In this document: one piece after another, positions 49,701-58,700 of the stretch
Numbering within the stretch: position 1 is the first letter of the stretch
Layout: every line of letters starts with the position of its first letter
Assembly (NCBI RefSeq): GCF_020745735.1
Contig: NC_083412.1
Location: forward strand, 66,740,320 to 66,804,319
Direction of reading: 5' to 3'
Length of the DNA stretch: 64,000 nt
DNA from: Hemiscyllium ocellatum
Lineage: Eukaryota
Position numbers and translations under genes: made by a program
Notes under the pieces: generated by a model
What the model saw: only the letters and a program-made list of their open reading frames with translations
Told to the model about the DNA's origin: nothing
Database searches by the model: none

Positions 49701-52700
49701 CACATCACTGGAGTTCTATCCTGATGACATTCAAGTGTCCTGGTTTAAAGGTGGAGAGCGAATCACGAATGGCATTAAGAACGAGGCTCTCTATACCAAC
49801 AGTGATGGCTCATTCTCCATCACAAGTTTCCTGAGTCTTTCTGCATCTGAGTGGAATAAAGGTGAAACTTACTCCTGTCAAGTGAACCACTCAACGCTGT
49901 CTGCACCCACTGTTGAAACGATTTGTGTTAGTAACCCAGGTAAGAATACCTGTGTGTCCTATCACATAGTAATAAACATAATAACTTACCAGATGGCTTG
50001 ATGCTTCAACTACTGATTAGCATTTACTGGACACCTTCCTTGGCATCACTCTATATTGCAAACCAACTGTCCAGCTAAATGAGCTGACCAAGGGAACAAG
50101 GGGTTTTGTGATGCAGTGGTAGCATCGATACCTCTGGGCCAGAAGGTCTAAGTTCAAGTCTCACCTGAAGGTGTGTCAAGAGGTTTGAAATTTCTTTTTT
50201 TGTAGAGTAGAAGATAGGGGATGGAATGTGGAAGGAGTTGTAAGACTGAATAGTTAATAAACTGGTTTCTGTCACACTGATGGGTTTGAAACAAAGTTTT
50301 CATTGGTTGAAGATGCTTGCGATTAGGTGGAGATTAGAAAGAAATGTTCTTTTCAGAAAGATGATCATATGTGGAATTACTCTGGAGAAGAACAGCTGAA
50401 ACGATGTGCATAGTGTCAGGATATGACTCTCCGCAGATATTTGTGAAGCTGAACCTTATGATGTTTGGAAAATGAATTGATATATGGACATGAATTACAT
50501 CTTTGCTCAGAACAAAACCATATATAATCTTGGTATATTACTTCCTACTTCTAAAGATTAGATGGAAAGTGTTCTCAAAGCTAGAGGTTCATCAGTTGGA
50601 CATTGAGGAAGATTTGGAAATTCTATTAAAATTTATGAACAATTTGTATCAGAAAGATGACCTATTAAATGCATGCGAGGCATGGTCAACCTTCGATTAA
50701 CATATAGAGCAGGATTCTGGATTAGTGGTGCTGGAAAAGCACAGCAGTTCAGGCAGCATCCGAGGAGCAGTAAAATCGACATTTCGGGCAAAAGCCCTTC
50801 AACAGGAATACAGGCAGAATGCCTGAAGGATGGAGAGCCTGTATTCCTGATGAAGGGCTTTTGCCTGAAACGTCGATTTTACTGCTCCTCAGATGCTGCC
50901 TGAACTGTTCTGTTTTTCCAGCACCACTAATCCAGAATCTGGTTTCCAGCATCTGCAGTCATTGTTTTTACCATAAAGAGCAGGATGGATATTCTGTAGC
51001 AAGAATATAGATTTGAATTTAAACTATATCCAATATTTTAAAAACTTTCACTTGGAGATTCCTAATTCAAATTTTTGGAAAAAACCCCAGAAATTGCTGA
51101 AGAAACTCAGAAGATCTGGCAGCATCTGTGGAGAGAAAACAGAGTTAATGTTTCAAGTCCTGGGACCCTTCTTCAGGGCTATTGGACTAAATTGTTGAAT
51201 TGTGCTAAGGTGTCAAGCATGGATAGAGTTAGAGTTTCAGAAAGACCCAAACTTTAGACCAATTGTCAGAAGCCTTAAAATATAACTGGGCAAATTTTCC
51301 CTGCCTTCATGGCTCAGATGGGACATTCTGCTGTAACACAAATACTAGAGGATTCAGTGATGGCAGTAATGCCAGGTCACCTAGATATAGGTCCAAACTG
51401 TCAACACGAAAAGAGAGTCAGAGCTAACCAAATGGAGGGTAGGCATCTGGCAATTACAACAGGGGTGGCAGGAACTGAAGATGATCCCCAGGATTAGCTG
51501 GAATATGATTAACAGGTGTATTAAGTATGACTTGAAATACAATTGTACAGTAAGTGGTCCGAGGTAGAATGTTAAGGTGTTCGAAATTATGTATCACACA
51601 GTATATTCAGAGGAGATGATGGTATAGGGAACTGGATTTGTTACAAGTAGCTTTGGCCAATACTGATTAATAAAATTGCAGAACCATTCATTTGGACCAT
51701 GCTTGGCATTGGATACACATCCATTGTGCATTTTGTAGATTAGTTAAAATGTTACATAGATTATTTAAACAATAAAGGACTAAAGTCAAGAAATTTGAAG
51801 ATTCTATTGCTGTAGTTTTGAGGATGACTGCATGCTAAACTATGAAAGAGAGTGGTACTTCCCTGTGCAATAGTGGGACAAACAACTTTATTAGCACAAA
51901 TTAATTGCAAAATGAAGCACCTTTTTGTTCAACCGATTATCTATGAACAAAACTAAATAAAACTGGACATTGAACATGACAAGGCAATTAATTCTGAAAC
52001 ATCAACGGATTTAGAGTTTTCACAATTCATACATTAGTATATGCCTTTAACAAGACACAACCCTAATCAACATATTAAGATATAATGAAAATATATTCTA
52101 GATGTTATTGGCATCAAGGGATAGGAGTTTAAATGTTAAAAGATTAATTATCTTAAAACTACATTTGCAGTTTGCTCATCCATCGCCTCAAACCATATTA
52201 AAGGATCCAAGAATAAGGAATGCTGAGTACACTAAAACCTACAGAAGATATCAATGATACATGTGATTTGTGTAAAAAACATAGGAGGAAGCCATACATA
52301 TGGGCATCCCCTGTTAGCAAAATACTCTAAAAATATTGTAGCAATCTTGAAGGTCTTGGATGAGCAAAATAAACATTTTCATGCTGCACTTTGTAGATGT
52401 CGCAACAAGACCTGGTCACTCCATATTAATAAACAGTAAATGAAGAAGAATAATAGTGGACAAGGTAATGGAGAAAAGGATAGGGACTAGGTGGGGTCAC
52501 TGGCGAAATTTGTTAATTGATAATTGTTTGGGGGAGCGAGGTAGAATTTGCCAAGAGTGAACTTAGGAATGTGTATAAAAATATAAACATTGTGGTAATG
52601 AACACAGATGGGGAAAATACCTTTAGTAATAACTGAGTGTGTGAAATAAATTACATGGTAGTAGATAACATGTTTAATAATTTGTGACTTAGTTGGTCAA

Positions 52701-55700
52701 CTGGGATTTTAATATTTGCCCTAATTCTTGCAGTTCACATGAAGAACTCACTACAAATAATACGGTCCTTATTAATTAAGGGGGAAATCTTCTTTAGGGA
52801 GAAAACTAGATATTTCTTCAGCATCAAGTGTTCATCTCCCAGCTTAGGAAGGGACTGCAATTAATTTCACTCTTTCTGAGTACTTCAATGCCCTGAATAC
52901 AGGGAAATGGTATTCATCAAGAGTGAGGTTTCACAAAAAATTTTGATAAATGCTCCAGCATCATATAAGGCCATCAGAAATAAATTTGAATCCGGGGACA
53001 TTGTAAATTACAATGAGAAGAATAGAAAGAGTGGAAGGGTCTCTGTAAAGCTACAGGCAATAATAAAAATATGTAACCTTTCAGCATGGCAACCAATTAA
53101 GGTATATTGCTCAAGGTTAATTGACATTGATTAGATATTGACAGAATCTGCACAAGTCATTGAAAGTAATGAGGCACCTATTATAGACCCTCAACTCCCT
53201 GCAAACTCCCTCAAAATATATTAAGAAGATAGTCTAGACCCTAACTTTTTCTGAATTTAAAGGTAAGTGTAAGTGTTGTGTTCCAGATACAATTCGATTG
53301 ATCCAACTACTCAACCTTAAGCAAAACGCGTTTAATTTTTAAACGATAGTTAAAATACAGACAAAATAAAATAAATGAATTGGCTTAACTGTAACTATCA
53401 AATACTTAATAAAATATCATTTACATAAAATTATCTAGTTCAATATAATGTCAGCCTGTAAAACACAACCCTGGCAAAGGCAAATTCAGTACAATAGAGT
53501 ATCTCACATGCAGTTATAGTAGCAGGAAGAGAACTCTAGCTTTTAACTGTAACACAGAGAAGAATAAGCTTCAAAATCAAAATTCAGACTCCAGTAACTG
53601 TTACTAAAAACTAAAACTAAGAATCCTGGTTCTGTGCAAGCTTGACTCCACCCATTCAGGCTGCTTCTATTGTTCTAACTTTAAAAAAACCCCAAGGCCT
53701 CACAAGCTGTTTAGTCTATTGGCTTTGAGCAGACTACCCAGCAACTCTGTCTCAATGGTCCTTCATAAAAAAAGGACAAAAACACCTCCTTAAGCCATAG
53801 TATCATCACAAACCGTACAGTTTGCATTCATATATGGCTGACAATTATGAGAACCCTATTACAACAAATGAGGGGCTGACTGTATATGGACAAAGTGATA
53901 TGGAGATGCACAACAAGGCTAATTGTTCCAGAAAAACTCTGAAGTTTGGCAAGAAAATAACATAAATGCCAGAATGGGTCACGGCTTAGAGGAATACCAT
54001 TATTATAGGGGACACCACTAGAAAATACAAGCATTGTCTAAAAATACAAGATGAGGGACAGAAGAAAATATCCATAGATTGACAGAATGAGATACAGATG
54101 TGAAAGTATAGAAAATGCAACTTTGAAAACAGACCTGGAGTGAACATGGGACTAGGAAAGGATTGTGAGATTGTAAAAGGATTTCTGATCACTGGATGGG
54201 AAATCTTTTAGTAGCAATCTGGAACCAGATAGAAGGATGAGTAGAAGACATGGTTTGACAAGAACAATGACTATAGAGCAGGTTGAGAATAATGCAGGAT
54301 GCATAACCCTCAAGATCAAGCAGTTTTAGAGGCGGCAAACACATATGAACTTACCTTCATATAAGGAAACAAAAAAGGGTTTAGAGCTGGAAAGAAGATG
54401 TTATATACCCTGCAGTGTTAGACTGGGGACAGTTTCAAGATAGTTTAAAGATCCTGAGGAGACTTGACAGTTAAGATGGTTTGGAAGTGAAGGCTATAAT
54501 GAAATGTGCACCTGCTGTTCAGATGTTAAGATCAAATGAACGTTAAAGAAAGCAAATTTGCAAAAATGCACACTCACGTTTCCAGCCTTGTGTGACCCAA
54601 ACATCAAGCCGATCCCTTTTAGCAATGCTTCAGATACCAACCTTGCAGATGGCTATATCTACATGGAAAGGTTTATCATATCCTTGATGGGAAAGATAAT
54701 TTTTTTTATTATTCATTCAGGGGATGGGTCAATATTTATTATCCATGTTGAGTAACTCTCCAGCAGACAGTGGTTCTTTGCCTTCTTGAACTGTGCAGTC
54801 CCTTTGGTGTAGATACACCCACGGCGCCATTTGAGATGGAGTTCTCAGATTTCGACCCAGGCAAGTTGAGAGTATTTCAACTTCTGACTTGTAGATTGTG
54901 GACAGAGTTTGGGGAGTCAGGAGATGAATTACTCACTGCAGAATTCCTAACCTCCGACTTGCTTTTGTAGCCACAGTATACATCAGCAGCAAATGCCAGG
55001 ATGTTGATTGTTGAGGATTCACTGATGGTAACACCATTGAATGTCAAAGGCTGAGTGTTAGATTCTTTTGTTGGAAATGGTCATTGCCTGTCACCTGTGT
55101 GGTGCAAACTTTGTCTATTGGCCTGGGAAGTCAGGGAAATAAAAAGATCAGTTGAAGGTATCTTGGTAGCTGAAAAATTGGCCATTGTCGGATCTATAGA
55201 TATGGGGTATATTTAGTCAACATTCTAAAGGAAATCCTGTATGAGAGGCAACCTAAGCAAAGTTTGCCCATAGAACATTTTGTGGATTCTCTTTGGGACA
55301 GTCTACACTATTTTCTTTTGGTCATGGGTTCTGGGTTGTTGACTTGCCCTTGCCAGCTTAAAGGCAATATTACAAAGAAAAAAATTCCCAAATAAATAGG
55401 TTAACATAAGTTACCTGTTGTCAGCAGACTATTTCATTAAAGATATGTTGAATTATTAACAAACTGAAAACTATAATTTTTTGTTAAGTTTGTTGTGAAT
55501 AAGTGTGTATGATTGTTTCATTCTAAGAAAGAGTGAAGTTATTTTTAATCAACCTGTTCAGATGTAACAACACACACCAATGAAGCAAGTGAGGCTCGAG
55601 TGTTGGTCTTATGGAAGGAAGGGGTAAATGGGAGGTTGATTGTTTTACAGGGAACATGAAAAGGTACATATAATGTAACCAATCAATAACATTATAACAC

Positions 55701-58700
55701 AGATACAAAACATGAAAAAATCACTCTCTCTTTCATTAGCTGTGTTTAAAGATTGTGTGTCTTCAAAGATTTTGATTTAAAAAATGAGAATCTCTTAATA
55801 TGTAGCTAAACAAGTTATCGAAGCTAATTGATTAATTCATTGACAGAACTGTAAGAATGAGGCGTTAATAAACCATATCCATAAAGAAGCATGCTTTTTC
55901 ACTGACTAGCCTGGATCCAAATTGATATTATGGAAACAAATCTCCATTAAAGATAATATGCTGATAATGGAGTGGTATGATTTCAATTGTATGTCTACTA
56001 ATGAATTGTAAAATGTTTCATGATTAAACCTTCACAGATGCAAGGCCTGACATAATTGCTACATGGGCAATAGTAGTAAGACTGATGATCCTTGTTATGG
56101 CAACACTGATTGCGATGGCAGCATTTAAATTATATTTCAGATCTCATGTAAGTACACTCTTTTACATGTCATGTTATGAAACACATGTCACGTCTGCTTT
56201 GTCACTAGGCTTCTTCCAGGGTCAATGAGCACAGGTACTATATGGTTTTTAAAATTCTTTCGTTTGTATCTTTGTGAATTATTTGGTAAAGGTGGATAAA
56301 TCCCCAGGACCTGATCAGGTGTACCCTAGAACTCTGTGGGAAGCTGGATTGTTGGGCCTCTTCCTGAGATATTTATATCATTGATAGTCACAGGTGAGGT
56401 GCCAGAAGACTGGAGGTTGGCTAACGTGGTGCCACTGTTTAAGAAAGGTGGTAAGGACAAGCCAGGGAACTATTGACCAGTGAGCCTGACCTCAGTGGTG
56501 GGCAAGTTATTGGAGGGAATCCTGAGGGGCAGGATATACATGTATTTGGAAAGGCAAGGAATGATTAGGGATAGTCAACATGGCTTTGTGCGTGGGAAAT
56601 CATGTCTCACAAACTTGATTAAATTTTTTGAGGAAGTAACAAAGAGGATTGTTGAGGGCAAAGCGGTAGATGTGATCTATATGGACTTCAGCAAGGCGTT
56701 CGACAAGGTTCCCCAGGGGAGACTGATTAGCAAGGTTAGATCTCACGGAATACGGGGAGAACTAGCCATTTTGATACAGAATTGGCTCAAAGGTAAAAGA
56801 CAGAGGGTGGTGGTGGAGGGTTGTTTTTCAGACTGGAGGCTTGTGACTAGTGGAGTGCTACAAGGATCGGCACTGGGTCCTCTACTTTTTGTCATTTATA
56901 CAAATGATTTGGATGCGAGCATAAGGGGTACAGTTAGCAAGTTTGCAGATGATACCAAAATTGGAAGTGTAGTGGACAGCGAAGAAGGTTACCTCAGATT
57001 ACAACAGGATCTTGACCAGATGGGCCAATAGACTGAGAAGTGGCAGATGGAGTTTAATTCAGATAAATGCGAGGTGCTGCATTTTGGGAAAGTAAATCTT
57101 AGCAGGACTTATACAATTAATGGTAAGGACCTAGAATGTTGCTGAACAAAGAGACCTTGGAGTGCAGGTGCGTAGCTCCTTGAAAGTGGAGTTACAGGTA
57201 GATAGGATAGTGAAGAAGGCATTTGGTATGCTTTCCTTTATTGGTCAGAATATTGAGTACAGGAGTTGGGAGGTCATATTGCGGCTGTACAGGACATTGG
57301 TTAGGCTACTGTTGGAATATTGTGTGCAATTCTGCTCTCCTTCCTATCAGAAAGTTGTTGTGAAACTTGAAAGGGTTCAGAAAAGATCTACAAGGATGTT
57401 GCCAGGGTTGGAGGATTTGAGCTATAGGGAGAGGCTGAACAGGCTGGGGCTGTTTTCCGGAGCATCGGAAGCTGAGAGGTGACCTTATAATGGTTTGCAA
57501 AATTATGAGGGGCATAGTTAGGATAAATAGACAAAGTCTTTTTCCTGGGTTCGGGGAGTCCAGAACTAAAGGGCATAGGTTTAGGGTGAGAGGGGAAAGA
57601 TATAAAAGAGACCTACGGGGCAACTTTTTCACACAGAGGGTGGTACGTGTATGAAATGAGCTTCCAGAGGAAGTGGTGGAGGCTGGTACAATTGCAACAT
57701 TTAAGAGGCATTTGGATGGGTATATGAATAGGAAAAGGTTGGAGGGATATGGGCCGGGTGCTGGCAGGTGGGACTAGATTGGGTTGGGATATCTGGTCGG
57801 CATGGATGGGTTGGACTGAAGGGTCTGTTTCCATGTTGTACATCTTCATGACTCTATGAACAACTCTTGTTTCAGGGATAACAACACAGACAAAAAACCT
57901 CTCCCTGAGTTCACTTGTGATCTTGTTTCTCTCAGATAGATGTTTGTATTACATTAGAATTAGTTTCTCCTCATCCCACAAAAAACTCACAAGCCAATCT
58001 TCAATTCACAAGTCAATCTAAAATACACAGATCCTTTCTATCAGTTTGGTTGTTGACAGTGTATGAATAATTCCAGGCAAGAAAAAAATATTCCAATTCT
58101 CCCATCATTGTTCTCGGCAGCATAATCAATAATATCTTCAAAAGCGAACTGGATCAATAGATCATCATAAAAGATGATGAGTAAATATTGAATGCAATAG
58201 ATCATCTTAGAGCACACTGTCTTCTCTGAGAGCTTATTATTCCATCAAACAGTTAAAGAAAGGAGAGAGAGCACATGATGATGTAAATTGTACCCAATGA
58301 AATGTCAGTGATATCTGAAGAGCTTTTTTCATTGTGTTCTTTGAGGGAAATGTTCTGCCTTTGAGCTTTCCTTTGAGGTAAACCTTCACTAAAATTAGTG
58401 TAAATTTCATGAACATAATGTAATGAAACCTACCCCATATTCAATGGTTTTTTGTTTTGCGAACAGCATCATCAGAAAATTTAAAATTTAACTTATTGGT
58501 TTTTCACATGTGATTTCTAATCTTTGATTGCAGAGGTTATTCAAAATCCTGTCCAGAAAATGCCTCTAAGCTCTATACAATCAGTTTGAAGTCTAGTCAC
58601 TGTGAAATGTAAAAATGTAACCCCATCCAACCTGTAATCTGTATTCTGGTGGGTGAGTAAGGTGTCAGGCAACCTGCGCCCACCCTTACACAAACTGTAG

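Noticed and set aside
44182-49939. Germline-joined Ig light chain or TCR locus
   Set aside because: There is no WYQQ or FGxG motif and no RSS, and a TM exon follows the C1. The V motifs match the CD28/TMIGD2 type better.
56480-57482. Functional reverse transcriptase gene
   Set aside because: A 5'-truncated CR1 copy with a stop at 57029-57031 and downstream frameshifts.
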